DNA of 64,000 bases from Hyphomicrobiales bacterium (GCA_041397845.1 JAWKVW010000006.1:6061-70060); one strand, 5' to 3'; positions 50,399-61,112 are shown, counted from the first letter of the stretch. Notes: a model not told the origin generated them from the letters alone. Translations and numbers: made by a program.

Positions 50399-51847
50399 TC
50401 AGGGCTCAGCCGCCGTGCCGGCCTCCTGCGTCAGCAGGATGACGAAGGTCGCGCCGGGGGTTCCGTCCTTCAGCGCGAGCGTCCCGCCATGGGCGCGCAC
50501 GAGTTCGGCGGCAATCGCCAGGCCAAGGCCGGTGCCACCAGGACGGGCCGAGCCCTCGAAGGCCCGGAACAGGTTTTCGCGGGCCTTTTTCGGCACGCCG
50601 GGGCCGGTGTCGGTGACCTCGATGCGCACGCCACGGCTTTCCCGACCGGCAGCAATCGCCAGCCGCCGGATGATGGCGGGATCGTCCTCGCCCTCCATCG
50701 CCTGAACGGCATTGCGGCAGAGATTGACGAGGACGCGGAAGAGCTGTTCCGGGTCGGCCTCGATCTCAAGGCCCTCCGGCACCTGATTTTCGAAGGCAAT
50801 CGTCGGATGCTCGCGCAAGGTGAGAACCTCGGCGACGTCCTCGACGAGGCGGTCGAGCGCGAGCAGGCGGCGAACCGGCGGCTGCTCCTCGGCCCGGCCA
50901 TAGGTCAGCGTCGACTGGCAATAGGCAATGGCGCGGTCGAGGGCGCCGATGAGCTTTGGCGCAAAGCGCTGCACCGTCGGATCGGGCAAGGCGGTCAGGC
51001 GATCGGAAAAGAGCTGCGCCGAGGCGAGCAGGTTGCGCAGGTCGTGATTGATCTTGGAGACGGCAAGGCCGACATCGGCCAGGCGGCGCTGCTGCTTCAG
51101 CGTGCCGGCGAGCTGGCGCTGCATGGCGGCAAGACGTTCCTCGGCAAGGCCGACCTCGTCGTCCCGCCGGCTCGGCACGATGATGCGCGAGGGGTCTTCC
51201 GGGGCCTCGCTGAACCGGGCCATGGCGCCGGTCAGCCGGCGCATCGGGCGCACGAAAAGTCCGTTGAGACTGAAGAAGACGAGCGCCGCCGTGACCAGCG
51301 AGATGACCAGCGACAGCACGAGGATATTGCGCGAATAGCGCATCATCGCCTGACGCAGCGGCGTTTCGGAGAGGATGACCTCGAGGAACTCGCCGCCGCG
51401 CGGCGGCGCGCCGATGACGCGGATGGTGCGCTCGCCACCGACGACCAGCGTCTCGAATGCGTCGGCAATCGCGGTCAGCGGCCGGGCATCGCGCAAATCG
51501 ACGTCGCGGGCAATCATTGCCGGCATTTCCGACATGGCGAGCAGGCGGCGCATGCCTTCGCTGCGCACCGCGACGGCCTCGGCGCCGATTGCCTTCAGCA
51601 GCTCGGTGCGCATGTCCTCGTTCAGCGACAGGTCGTTGCCTTCATGCTCGAGCAGCAGCGCGGCGACATTGGCGGTGGCGAGGCGGTCGCGCAGCCAGGT
51701 CAGCCGATAATTGGCGACCGAGGGCACGAAAATCGTCACTTCGGCGACCATGACAAAGACGATGGTGAGGACGAGCAGCTTGACGGACAGCCCCCGGAAG
51801 GGCCGCCGCCGGCGTTCGCTCGTCATGGCATCTTGGCTTTCGGTCAT
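50399..51847 (-). CDS. Membrane sensor histidine kinase
   Basis: Two TM segments, H-box VSKINHDLRNLLASAQL, and HATPase LVNLCRNAVQAM...DTGPGV...GGTGLGLAIA. Confidence 0.85.
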   Translation of the reverse strand: MTESQDAMTSERRRRPFRGLSVKLLVLTIVFVMVAEVTIFVPSVANYRLTWLRDRLATANVAALLLEHEGNDLSLNEDMRTELLKAIGAEAVAVRSEGMRRLLAMSEMPAMIARDVDLRDARPLTAIADAFETLVVGGERTIRVIGAPPRGGEFLEVILSETPLRQAMMRYSRNILVLSLVISLVTAALVFFSLNGLFVRPMRRLTGAMARFSEAPEDPSRIIVPSRRDDEVGLAEERLAAMQRQLAGTLKQQRRLADVGLAVSKINHDLRNLLASAQLFSDRLTALPDPTVQRFAPKLIGALDRAIAYCQSTLTYGRAEEQPPVRRLLALDRLVEDVAEVLTLREHPTIAFENQVPEGLEIEADPEQLFRVLVNLCRNAVQAMEGEDDPAIIRRLAIAAGRESRGVRIEVTDTGPGVPKKARENLFRAFEGSARPGGTGLGLAIAAELVRAHGGTLALKDGTPGATFVILLTQEAGTAAEP

Positions 51848-51887
51848 GCCTGTCGCGGGTCTTTTCGGCGTATTGCCGCCAGATCGT

Positions 51888-53312
51888 TCAGCCGAAGCGG
51901 CGCAGAAACGCGATGATGCGGCGCGTCCAGGGGCTCGTCAAACTCGGGGTGTAGTAGGTAATGGCGGCACGGCGGGCAACCTCGGCACGGGTCGGGTAAG
52001 GAAAGACGAGGCCGGCGAGCGCGCCGACCTTCATCTTGCGGGCAACAGCCATGGCATAGAGCGGGATGAGCTCGCCGGCATCGCGGCCGACGACACCGGC
52101 GCCGACGATGCGGCCGCGCTTCGTCGCGATGATCTTGGCAAAGCCATGCCGGTCGCCTTCGGCGGTCGCCCGGTCGTTCTCGGCAAAGGGCCAGCGCAGC
52201 ACCCGGATCTCGCCATGCCGCTCGCGCGCCGCCGCTTCGCCGAGGCCGACGAAGGCAAGTTCGGGATCGGTGTAGGTGGTCCAGGGGATGATGTCACGGC
52301 GCTCGCTGACCGGCAGGCGGAAGAGGATCGCGCGCAGCACGAGGCCGGCGTGATAGTTGGCGACGTGGGTGAACTGATAGCTGCCGGCGACGTCGCCAAT
52401 GGCGTAGACGCGGCGATTGGTGGTGCGAAGACCAGTGTCGACGGCGATGCCGCGCTCGCCGAGCGCGACGCCGGCAAGCTCCAGGCCGAGATCCTCGACA
52501 TTGGGCCGGCGGCCGGCGGCGACCAGCAGATGGCTGCCGACAAGGGTCTCGACGCCGTCGCCCGCGGCAAGCTCGAGGGCAACGCCGGCGCCGTCGCGGC
52601 GGGCCGAGAGGATGCGGACGCCCTCGCGCAGCTCCACCCCGTCACGGCGAAGGGCATCGACGACGATCGCGGCAAGCTCAGGATCATCACGCGAGAGCGC
52701 GGCGGCGGCCTCGAGCACCACGACCTCGGCGCCAAGGCGGCGGAAGGCCTGCGCCAGTTCCATGCCGATCGGGCCGCCGCCGAGCACGAGCAGGCGGCGC
52801 GGCAGTTCGGTGAGCCCGAAGATGGTCTCGTTGGTCAGGAACGGCACTTCGGCTAGGCCGGGGATCGGGGGAATGCCGGCCCTCGACCCGGTGGCGATGA
52901 CGAAGCGGCGGGCACGGATGGTTTCGCCGCCGGCGGCGACGGTGTCGGGGCCGGTGAACCGGGCGGCGGCGCGGATGACCCGGACGCCGAGGCCGGCAAA
53001 GCGTTCCTCGGAATCGTTCGGCGCGATCTCGCCGATGACGCCGTGGACGTGGGCCATGACCCTCGCGAAATCGACTTGCGGCTCACCGGCGTCGATACCG
53101 AAGCGGCCGGCGGCACGGATGGCGGCAGCGGCGCGCGCGGCGGATATCAACGCCTTGGACGGCACGCAGCCGGGGTTGAGGCAATCGCCGCCCATGCGGT
53201 CCTTCTCGACGAGGACAACGGAGACGCCGAAGGCAGCGGCAGCTGCGGCGACCGACAGGCCGCCTGAGCCGGCGCCGATGACGCAGATATCGGGGCGAAG
53301 CTCGGCTGCCAT
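51888..53312 (-). CDS. FAD-dependent pyridine nucleotide-disulfide oxidoreductase (dihydrolipoamide dehydrogenase / MerA-like)
   Basis: ICVIGAGSGG, redox-active GGDCLNPGCVPSK, a second Rossmann fold LLVLGGGPIGMELAQ, and AIGDVAG. Intact 474 aa. Confidence 0.85.
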   Translation of the reverse strand: MAAELRPDICVIGAGSGGLSVAAAAAAFGVSVVLVEKDRMGGDCLNPGCVPSKALISAARAAAAIRAAGRFGIDAGEPQVDFARVMAHVHGVIGEIAPNDSEERFAGLGVRVIRAAARFTGPDTVAAGGETIRARRFVIATGSRAGIPPIPGLAEVPFLTNETIFGLTELPRRLLVLGGGPIGMELAQAFRRLGAEVVVLEAAAALSRDDPELAAIVVDALRRDGVELREGVRILSARRDGAGVALELAAGDGVETLVGSHLLVAAGRRPNVEDLGLELAGVALGERGIAVDTGLRTTNRRVYAIGDVAGSYQFTHVANYHAGLVLRAILFRLPVSERRDIIPWTTYTDPELAFVGLGEAAARERHGEIRVLRWPFAENDRATAEGDRHGFAKIIATKRGRIVGAGVVGRDAGELIPLYAMAVARKMKVGALAGLVFPYPTRAEVARRAAITYYTPSLTSPWTRRIIAFLRRFG

Positions 53313-54110
53313 CAGTTCACCCCCTCACCTGCCCTCGAGCGTGTGCGACGCCACTTCTTCAGGACAACCGGGACAAGGGCAACGAGACCGAGGGCGAGGA
53401 AGGCAAGGATGAGCTCGGGCGTGACGAGGGCGGAGGGGTCGAGCGTCACGGTAGGCCGGATCGGCGGCGCACTCGGGATTGGCGGCGCGCTGGGCGGCAA
53501 CGACGCTATCAAGGCCGGCGCCGAGGAAGGAATAGGCCGCCGTGCCCGGGATGATGCCGATGAAGGTGGCAAGGAAGAAGGTGCGCAGCGGCACTTCGAG
53601 CAGCGCCGGGGCGAGATTGACCAGCCAGAACGGAAAGGCCGGCACGAGGCGCAGGAACAGGAGATAGCCGAAGGCATCCTCGCGAAAGCCGGCGCCAAGG
53701 CGCGACAGGAAGGGTCCGGCGCGGGCAGCAAGGACAGCGCCGAGGGATGAGCGCGCTGCAAGGAAGAGAAGCGTTGCGCCGATGGTCGCGGCAAAGACCG
53801 TGAGGAGCGCGCCGACGACCCAGCCGAAGAGCACGGCGCCGGCGATGGTCAGGATGCTGGCGCCGGGCAATGACAGGGCAACGGTCGCGACATAGACGGC
53901 GAAATAGACGGCAAGGGCGAGAAAGCGGTTGTCGGCGACGAAGGTCGCCAGCGCCTCGCGATATTCGATGAGCGAGGCGAGCGACAGGTAGCGGTGCCAG
54001 CCCATGGCGAAGGCCAGGACCATCGCGGCGAGAATGACGACGAGCGGCAGGGCGCGCAACAGGGCACTGCCGGTGCGCCGCTCCTTGCCATATGCGCTTT
54101 CGCTCGCCAT
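53312..54110 (-). pseudogene. TVP38/TMEM64 (DedA-related) membrane protein; one frameshift near the C-terminus
   Basis: LSLPGASILTIAGAVLFGWVVGALL...FLLFLRLVPAFPFWLVNLAPALL lies in ORF 53325..54110. After ...NPECAADPAY (about 53450) the plausible tail VTLDPSALVTPELILAFLALGLVALVPVVLKKW is in the frame of ORF 53312..53794. The stop overlaps the oxidoreductase ATG (TGATG). Confidence 0.7.
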
Positions 54111-54271
54111 TGCCGATACTTTCCGAATTTCCGGTTTGCCTTGATCGATTTTGCCAGAATAGTCCGGCGCTCCGGCCTCGGCACCCGATTTCGGCCGCTC
54201 TCACCGTCATTTGAAGGCTGACGGCGAGGCCATCACCGCTTCGTGATGGGCGGGAGAAGAGCCGGCGCACG

Positions 54272-54300
54272 TTGACTTTGCGCCACCCACTCCGTATAAG
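54272..54300 (+). promoter_or_regulatory. Candidate sigma-70 promoter of rpmH-rnpA
   Basis: TTGACT, 17 nt, TATAAG, about 125 nt upstream of the rpmH ATG. Confidence 0.5.
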
Positions 54301-54427
54301 CCCGCTCGAATGGACGATCGTGTCCCGCAGTGCCCGTTCAGGGCACGATGTCGGTTAGCCAACCACGGACACGCGGCCGCATCCGAAAAAAGAGATTTCG
54401 AGGAGCCGCTTCCGGCGGAACAGAACT

Positions 54428-54562
54428 ATGAAACGGACCTATCAGCCCAGCAAGCTCGTCCGCAAGCGCCGCCACGGCTTCCGCGCCCGCATGGCGACGG
54501 AAGGCGGCCGCAAGGTCATCGCGGCCCGTCGGGCTCGCGGGCGCAAGCGCCTCTCGGCCTGA
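54428..54562 (+). CDS. rpmH: 50S ribosomal protein L34
   Basis: [44 protein letters not shown] (44 aa). Too short for the supplied ORF track; read from the DNA. Confidence 0.95.
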   Translation: MKRTYQPSKLVRKRRHGFRARMATEGGRKVIAARRARGRKRLSA

Positions 54563-54623
54563 CCGGACGGCGCCGGCGGACAGGGGTTCGCAGGCGCGGC
54601 CGGCGGCGCGGAGCTTCTTTGCG

Positions 54624-54971
54624 ATGCGATTGAAAAAGCGCGCCGAATTTCTCGCTGCCGCCAAGGGACGGCGGTGTTCGCGCGCGACGCTGACCATGCA
54701 GTGCCGGCGGCGCGACGGCGACGAGAGCGGGCCGCGCTTCGGCTATACCGTGACCAAGAAGACCGGATGCTCGGTGGAGCGCAACCGCATGCGGCGGCGC
54801 TTTCGCGAGGCCGTCCGCAAGGTTGCGCCGGAACATGCCGCGGCCGGACATGACTACGTGCTGATCGCGCGGCGCCCGGCGCTCGAGGCTCCGTTCGCCT
54901 CGATCGTCGCGGACATTGTCGCATGCCTTCAGCGTTTCGGCGGGTCGCACGGCCCGGCCAAAGCAACGTGA
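54624..54971 (+). CDS. rnpA: Ribonuclease P protein component
   Basis: RLKKRAEFLAAAKG...RFGYTVTKKTGCSVERNRMRRRFREAV...DYVLIAR. Position after rpmH is canonical. Confidence 0.85.
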   Translation: MRLKKRAEFLAAAKGRRCSRATLTMQCRRRDGDESGPRFGYTVTKKTGCSVERNRMRRRFREAVRKVAPEHAAAGHDYVLIARRPALEAPFASIVADIVACLQRFGGSHGPAKAT

Positions 54972-55016
54972 CGGCGATCGCGGGGGCCAAGGCCTCCGGG
55001 GTCGCCTTTTTTTGTT
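54972..55016 (+). terminator. Rho-independent terminator between rnpA and yidC
   Basis: GC-rich hairpin GGCGATCGCGGGGGCCAAGGCCTCCGGGGTCGCC followed by TTTTTTTGTTT. Confidence 0.6.
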
Positions 55017-55136
55017 TGCCGTTCGCAGTCCTTCCGCATCCGGGCATCTTTCGGCGCCCCGCGGAAGACCGTGGACTGACTTGATAGAGAACAGACGGCA
55101 GGGACGGCCGGCCTGTTCGCAGCCGAGTGATCCGGG

Positions 55137-56978
55137 ATGGACGAGAACCGCAACTATCTGCTCGCAATCGCCCTGTCGCTGGTGATCCTCGTCGGATGGC
55201 AATTCTTCATTGCCGGACCGAAGATCGAGGCGCAGCGCCAGCGCGCCGCCATCGAGGCGCAACAGAACGAGCAGGCGGCGCCCGCGCCGCAGGGCCAGAC
55301 CGGCGAAGCCGCCCCCTCGGCGGTGCCGCAGGCGCAGGGCGAAAGCGGCGCTCCGGCGGTTCCGGCCGGCCCGGCGGCGAACGCGCCGACGACCGGCGAC
55401 CGCACCGCCGCCCTGGCCGCCGACGCCCGCATCGTCATTGACACCCCGGCGCTGTCGGGCTCGCTCAACCTCAAGGGCGGGCGGATCGACGACATCCGGC
55501 TGAAGAACTACCACGAGACCGTCGACCCGAAGAGCCCGACGATCGAGCTGCTGTCGCCGGCCGGCAGCGCCAATCCCTATTACGCCGATTTCGGCTGGGT
55601 CGCCGACACCGGCACGACCGTCGCCCTGCCCGGCCCGGAGACGCTGTGGACGGTGGAATCGGGCGACAAGCTCGAGCCCGGCAAGCCGCTGGTCATCGCC
55701 CACGACAACGGCCAGGGCGTCGTCTTCCGGCGCACCATCACGCTCGACGAGCGTTACATGTTCACCGTCGTCCAGTCGGTGGAGAACGGCAGCGGCCAGC
55801 CGATGACGCTCTATCCCTACGGCCTGCTGTCGCGGCAGGGCACGCCGCACACCACCGGCTACTACATCCTGCACGAGGGCCTCATCGGCGTTCTCGGCGA
55901 GGAGGGCCTCACCGAGGTCAAGTACAAGGACATCAAGGAGAAGCTGGAGCAGACGCATCGCGACGTCGGTCGCGGCTGGATCGGCATCACCGACAAGTAC
56001 TGGGCGGCGGTGCTGTTCCCGGACGATACGGCGCAGTTCGACGCGCGCTTCACCTATCGCCAGCGCAATGGCGTGGAGACCTACCAGACCGACTATCTCG
56101 GCAAGGCGCGCACCATCGCGGCCGGCGAGAAAGGCGAGACGACGGCGCGGCTCTTTGCCGGCGCCAAGGAGGTCGCGGCGGTCGACGGCTATGAAACCCA
56201 GTACAAGTTCGAGAACTTCGACCTCCTGATCGACTGGGGCTGGTTCTACTTCTTCACCAAGCCGCTGTTCTACATCATCGACTGGCTGTTCAAGATGTTC
56301 GGCAACTTCGGCGTGGCGATCCTGCTCGTCACCGTCCTGGTGAAGGCGATCTTCTTCCCGCTGGCGAACAAGTCCTACGTCTCGATGAGCCGGATGAAGA
56401 AGGTGCAGCCGTTGATGAAGGAGCTGCAGGACCGCTTCAAGGACGACAAGATGCGCCAGCAGCAGGCGCTGATGGAGCTCTACAAGAAAGAGAAGATCAA
56501 TCCGCTGTCCGGCTGCCTGCCGATCGTCGTCCAGATCCCGGTGTTCTTCGCGCTCTACAAGGTGCTGTTCATCACCATCGAGATGCGCCACGCGCCGTTC
56601 TTCGGCTGGATTCACGATCTTGCCGCGCCGGATCCGACCACGCTCTTCAACCTGTTCGGCCTCATTCCCTGGACGCCGCCGCAGATGCTGATGATCGGTA
56701 TCTGGCCGCTGATCATGGGCGTGACGATGTTCCTGCAGATGAAGCTCAACCCGGCACCGACCGATCCGGTGCAGGCTTCGATCTTCACCTGGATGCCGGT
56801 GATCTTCACCTTCATCCTCGGCTCGTTCCCGGCCGGCCTCGTCATCTACTGGAGCTGGAACAACTTCCTGTCGATCGTCCAGCAGATGACGATCATGAAG
56901 CGGCAGGGGGTCAAGATCGAGCTCTGGGACAATCTCGCCGCGATGCTGAAACGCGGCGCCAAGGACACGACCGGCTGA
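55137..56978 (+). CDS. yidC: Membrane protein insertase YidC
   Basis: [24 protein letters not shown], a large periplasmic domain, then [22 protein letters not shown]...[19 protein letters not shown]. Intact 613 aa. Confidence 0.95.
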   Translation: MDENRNYLLAIALSLVILVGWQFFIAGPKIEAQRQRAAIEAQQNEQAAPAPQGQTGEAAPSAVPQAQGESGAPAVPAGPAANAPTTGDRTAALAADARIVIDTPALSGSLNLKGGRIDDIRLKNYHETVDPKSPTIELLSPAGSANPYYADFGWVADTGTTVALPGPETLWTVESGDKLEPGKPLVIAHDNGQGVVFRRTITLDERYMFTVVQSVENGSGQPMTLYPYGLLSRQGTPHTTGYYILHEGLIGVLGEEGLTEVKYKDIKEKLEQTHRDVGRGWIGITDKYWAAVLFPDDTAQFDARFTYRQRNGVETYQTDYLGKARTIAAGEKGETTARLFAGAKEVAAVDGYETQYKFENFDLLIDWGWFYFFTKPLFYIIDWLFKMFGNFGVAILLVTVLVKAIFFPLANKSYVSMSRMKKVQPLMKELQDRFKDDKMRQQQALMELYKKEKINPLSGCLPIVVQIPVFFALYKVLFITIEMRHAPFFGWIHDLAAPDPTTLFNLFGLIPWTPPQMLMIGIWPLIMGVTMFLQMKLNPAPTDPVQASIFTWMPVIFTFILGSFPAGLVIYWSWNNFLSIVQQMTIMKRQGVKIELWDNLAAMLKRGAKDTTG

Positions 56979-56991
56979 GCGGACGCTTCCC

Positions 56992-57669
56992 ATGACCGAC
57001 ACGGCGCGGGACGCCGCCCTTGCAGAAGCAGCGCTCAGGACATTTCAGGTGCCCTGGGCGTTCCGCACCGAGGTCCGGCATCTTGAAGACCTGCCGGCGA
57101 TCGAGGGCGTCGAGATCGCCTTTGCCGGGCGCTCGAATGTCGGCAAGTCGAGCCTCATCAACGCCCTCACCTTCCAGAAGTCGCTGGCGCGGACCTCGAA
57201 CACGCCGGGGCGCACGCAGGGTCTCGTGCTGTTCACCGGCGCGCCGGGCCTGACCATGATCGACATGCCCGGCTATGGCTATGCCGAGGCGCCCAAGCAC
57301 ACGGTCGACACCTGGACGAAGCTCATCCTCGACTATCTGCGCGGCCGGCCGACGCTGCGCCGGGTGTTCCTGCTCATCGATTCGCGGCACGGCCTGAAGA
57401 AGACCGACGTGCAGGTGATGGACCTGCTCGACAAGTCCGCCGTCGGCTACCAGATCGTGCTGACCAAGGCCGACAAGCCGAAGGGTGTCGATCTCGACAA
57501 GACCGAGGCGGCCGTCGCCAAGGCGATCGCCAAGCGGCCGGCGGCGCATCCGGTCATCATCCGGACGTCCTCGATTGCCGGCAGCGGCCTTGAGACGCTG
57601 CGCACAGAAATCTACACGCTGACGCTCGGCCCCGGCGAGTGGCCGACGGCGAGCGACGAATTGCGGTAG
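56992..57669 (+). CDS. engB: Ribosome biogenesis GTP-binding protein YihA/EngB
   Basis: G1 [16 protein letters not shown]3 DMPGYGY, G4 TKADK. Confidence 0.9.
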   Translation: MTDTARDAALAEAALRTFQVPWAFRTEVRHLEDLPAIEGVEIAFAGRSNVGKSSLINALTFQKSLARTSNTPGRTQGLVLFTGAPGLTMIDMPGYGYAEAPKHTVDTWTKLILDYLRGRPTLRRVFLLIDSRHGLKKTDVQVMDLLDKSAVGYQIVLTKADKPKGVDLDKTEAAVAKAIAKRPAAHPVIIRTSSIAGSGLETLRTEIYTLTLGPGEWPTASDELR

Positions 57670-57799
57670 CCATGGCGCGACGCCGGCCCTTCACAGGCCG
57701 GCCGCAAGCGGCTATTCAAACGAGCGGAACGTGGCGGCGCGGCGCAGCCGATGACGGGCGTTCCGGATGATCGGGGCCTATTCCAGCGAGGGCGAAGCG

Positions 57800-58768
57800 A
57801 TGGCGGCAAACGATCCGAAACTCGTGACGGTGTTCGGCGGCTCCGGCTTTGTCGGGCGGCACGTCGTCAGGGCGCTGGTCAAGCGCGGCCACAGGGTGCG
57901 CGTTGCGGTGCGCCGGCCGGATCTGGCGAACTTCCTGCAGCCGATCGGCGCGGTCGGCCAGATCCACGCCGTGCAGGCCAATCTTCGCTATCCCGATTCG
58001 GTGGCGCGGGCCGTTGATGGCGCCGACGCCGTCGTCAACGCGGTCGGCATTCTCTACGAGACCGGCAAGCAGCGCTTCGGCGCGGTGCAGGCGACCGGCC
58101 CGAAGGCAATCGCCGAGGCGGCGCGCGATGCCGGTATCGGCAATTTCGTGCAGATCTCGGCGATCGGCGCCGATGCCGGCTCGAAGTCTGATTATGCCAA
58201 GACCAAGGCGGCCGGCGAGACCGCCGTCTTCAACGCGGTGCCCGGCGCTGTCGTGCTGCGGCCCTCGATCGTGTTCGGACCGGAAGACGATTTCTTCAAC
58301 CGCTTCGCGGCGATGGCCCGGCTGTCGCCGGTGCTGCCGCTGATCGGCGGCGGCAAGACCCGGTTCCAGCCGGTGTTCGTCGGCGACGTCGCGGCGGCCG
58401 TTGCCAAGGCGGTCTCGGGCGAGGCCAAGGCCGGCACGGTCTATGAGCTCGGCGGGCCGCAGGTCTTCACCTTCGCCGAACTGATGGAGCTGATGCTGAA
58501 GGTCATCGCCCGCAAGCGCCTGCTGGTGCCGGTGCCGGGCATTCCGGCAAAGCTCATGGCGCGGGTGCTGGAGCTGCTGCCGAAGCCGCTGCTGACCTGC
58601 GACCAGTTGATCATGCTCGAGAAGGACAATGTCGTCAGCGACGCGGCGATCGCGGAAGGGCGCACGCTCGCCGGTCTCGGACTGACAACGGAAACGCTGG
58701 CGGCCGAGCCGAGCTATCTCTACCGCTTCCGGGCGCACGGCCAGTTCGAGGCGCAGCGCAGCTTCTGA
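57800..58768 (+). CDS. NAD(P)H-binding complex I NDUFA9-like / NmrA-type epimerase-family protein
   Basis: VTVFGGSGFVGRHVVRALVKRGHRVRVAVRRP is the Rossmann GxxGxxG motif; YAKTKAAGE follows. Confidence 0.8.
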   Translation: MAANDPKLVTVFGGSGFVGRHVVRALVKRGHRVRVAVRRPDLANFLQPIGAVGQIHAVQANLRYPDSVARAVDGADAVVNAVGILYETGKQRFGAVQATGPKAIAEAARDAGIGNFVQISAIGADAGSKSDYAKTKAAGETAVFNAVPGAVVLRPSIVFGPEDDFFNRFAAMARLSPVLPLIGGGKTRFQPVFVGDVAAAVAKAVSGEAKAGTVYELGGPQVFTFAELMELMLKVIARKRLLVPVPGIPAKLMARVLELLPKPLLTCDQLIMLEKDNVVSDAAIAEGRTLAGLGLTTETLAAEPSYLYRFRAHGQFEAQRSF

Positions 58769-58797
58769 GTGGCGCGCCGGCGACCCCTCACCAACGA

Positions 58798-58824
58798 CAA
58801 AGGGCGGCCTCGTGCCGCCCTTTG
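58798..58824. terminator. Bidirectional rho-independent terminator
   Basis: AAAGGGCGGC ctcgt GCCGCCCTTT between convergent genes. Confidence 0.75.
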
Positions 58825-58852
58825 CATGTCGGGTCAGGTGGCCACCGTCATA

Positions 58853-59598
58853 TCACCGGGCGAGGCCGGCGAGGAAGGCGGCGAGATCGTCGGTGACGAA
58901 CTCGCACATGCGGGTCGACGGCGCCTTCCAGTTCCCATTCCTCGCGAAACACCTGGCGGGTGCCTCGGCACAATGAGCACCGTGCGCATGCCGATCTCGT
59001 GCGGTACGGCGAGATTGCGCGGCAGGTCCTCGAACATCGCCGCGCGCTTCGGGTCGATGCCGGTGCGGGCGATGAAGCGGTCGTAGGTCTCGCGGTACGG
59101 CTTGGGCATGTGGTCGGCGGCAACGATGTCGAAGATGTCGTCGAAATGCCCGGCGATGCCGAGGCGGCCGGCGACCTTCTCGGCGTGGGACACCGAGCCG
59201 TTGGTGAAGATGTATTTGCGCCCGGCAAGGCCGGCGATCGCCTCGCCGAGGGCGGGATCGGGCGGCACCGGCGAATGGTCGATGTCGTGAACGAACTCGA
59301 GGAACGCGTCCGGCGATATGCCGTGCTCGATCATCAGGCCGCGCATGGTGGTGCCGTAGCGCTGGTAGTAATCCTTCTGCACCCGGTAGGCATCATCCGG
59401 TCCGAGGTCGAGCAGGCGCTCGACATAGGTGCGGATCTTCACGTCGATCTGGGCAAACAGATTGACGTGCTCCGGATAGAGGGTGTTGTCGAGATCGAAC
59501 ACCCAGCTATCGATGCCGGCGAAGGCCTCTTGCGGCGCAAGGCCCGAGGAACTGGTCACGGCGGCGGCCTCAGTGCTTGATGAGGGTGCCGACGCCAT
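58853..59598 (-). pseudogene. Pyrimidine 5'-nucleotidase (HAD family); 2 frameshifts in the last 40 codons
   Basis: WVFDLDNTLY (DxDxT)...IFTNGS...FEDLPRNLAVPHEIGMRTVLIVP lies in ORF 58834..59598. VFREEWELEGAVDPHV and EFVTDDLAAFLAGLAR plus TGA (58853-58855) follow in the other two frames. Confidence 0.75.
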
Positions 59599-60490
59599 GA
59601 TCGGTGTAGAGCTCGAGCAGCACGGCGTGGGGCACGCGGCCGTCGAGAATGACGACGCCCTCGACGCCCTGGCGCAGCGACTGGATGCAGGTCTCGACCT
59701 TCGGGATCATGCCGCCGGAGATGGTGCCGTCGGCGATGAGGGCCTTGGCCTCGGAGACGGTGAGTTCGCGGATGAGCTTGCCGTCGCGATCGAGGACACC
59801 GGCGACATCCGTCAGGAACAGCAGGCGACGGGCGCCGAGCGCGCCGGCAATCGCGCCGGCGAACGTGTCGGCATTGACGTTGTAGGTCTCGCCGTCGTCA
59901 CCGAAGGCAACAGGGGCAATGACCGGCACGAGATCGGAATGGGCGATGACGTCGAGAACCTTGCGGTTGACGGTGTCGGGCTCGCCGACGAAGCCGAGGT
60001 CGATGACCTTCTCGATGTTCGAATCGGGGTCCTTCATGGTGCGGGTCGCCTTCCTGGCGCGCACCATGTTGCCGTCCTTGCCGCAAAGGCCGATGGCGCG
60101 GCCGCCGGCATGATTGATCGAGGCGACGATCTGCTTGTTGATGAGGCCGGCGAGAACCATCTCGACGATTTCGACGGTGGCCTTGTCGGTGACGCGCAGG
60201 CCGCCGCGGAACTCGCTCTTGATGCCGAGACGCTCCAGCATCGAGCCGATCTGCGGGCCGCCGCCATGAACGACGACCGGATTGACGCCGCTCTGCTTCA
60301 GGAGCGCGATGTCGCGGGCAAAGGCGTTGGCCGTCGCATCGTCGACCATGGCGTGGCCGCCGTATTTCACCACCACGGTCTGACTGTCGTAGCGCTGCAT
60401 GTAGGGCAGCGCGCCGGACAGCACGCGGGCTTCGCGGACATAGATATCGCGGCGGGATTCGGCGTCGTCGGTCATTGGTCCGTCCGTCAT
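59570..60490 (-). CDS. argB: Acetylglutamate kinase
   Basis: [11 protein letters not shown]...[12 protein letters not shown]...GFVGEP...[13 protein letters not shown]...LTDVAGV...GGMIPKV. Confidence 0.9.
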   Translation of the reverse strand: MTDGPMTDDAESRRDIYVREARVLSGALPYMQRYDSQTVVVKYGGHAMVDDATANAFARDIALLKQSGVNPVVVHGGGPQIGSMLERLGIKSEFRGGLRVTDKATVEIVEMVLAGLINKQIVASINHAGGRAIGLCGKDGNMVRARKATRTMKDPDSNIEKVIDLGFVGEPDTVNRKVLDVIAHSDLVPVIAPVAFGDDGETYNVNADTFAGAIAGALGARRLLFLTDVAGVLDRDGKLIRELTVSEAKALIADGTISGGMIPKVETCIQSLRQGVEGVVILDGRVPHAVLLELYTDHGVGTLIKH

Positions 60491-60609
60491 CGGGGTCAAT
60501 CCGTATGGCCGGGCACGACGTGGTGCGAAGCGCCGGTCCCGTCGGGTCTTAGCGCTTTTCCCCTCGCCTCTCAATGCCCCGGCCGAGAGGCCGCCCTTTG
60601 CCGGCCGCC

Positions 60610-61112
60610 TCAGCGGTCAGCGAATTCCTCGACGAGATCGCGCAGCTCGAGGGCACGCTCGGCGGTCGTCTCCATCGAGCAATAGGCAGAGGCCGGGATG
60701 CCGGCGGTGCCGCCCTCGAACCTGGCATGGGCGAAGCCGCATTTGGCATCGCGCCATTTGATCCAGAGGCGCTGGACGTCGCGATATTCCGTGGCAACCC
60801 CGGCCGGCATGGCGTCGCGGGCCATTGCGTACCAGTCATTCAGGAGCCCGTCCCAGATCGCCTCCTCACGGCGGGCGCAGCCGGCCATGCCGTGGGTATG
60901 CTGGTTCTCGGGATCCTCAAGGCAAGGGTCGGCGACGATGCCGATGCAGTCATGGGCGATATCGCGGCGCGTGGCTCCGGCCGAAGCCTCGAGGCAATCA
61001 TGGATCGTCTGGATGTGATCCGCGGTCGGGGCATAGGGACTGTCGTCGGACGCGGCAAGTGCGCCGCACCGGCCGACAGCGATGGCAGCAACAGCGCGGG
61101 GATGCGTCGCAT
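60610..61112 (-). pseudogene. LprI/DUF1311-family periplasmic protein; frameshift just after the start
   Basis: ATG 61110-61112 gives MRRIP. The signal peptide AVAAIAVGRCGALAAS and the domain (WDGLLNDWY...QRLWIKWRDAKC) lie in the frame of ORF 60610..61173, one base off. Confidence 0.6.

Noticed and set aside
54111-54427. Chromosomal origin (oriC) next to rpmH-rnpA-yidC
   Set aside because: I did not see clustered DnaA boxes (TTATCCACA-like) or an AT-rich unwinding element. Alphaproteobacterial origins are usually near hemE rather than rpmH.
54516-57002. 828-aa minus-strand ORF
   Set aside because: This is an antisense shadow of rnpA and yidC; the plus-strand products are unmistakable.
49459-57720. 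Recurrence of the 10-mer GCGGCTATTC (40197, 40224, about 49459, about 57709) as a dispersed regulatory motif
   Set aside because: Four hits exceed my rough expectation, but two of them are a local duplication. The other contexts share nothing beyond the 10-mer, and I cannot compute significance without a genome-wide count.
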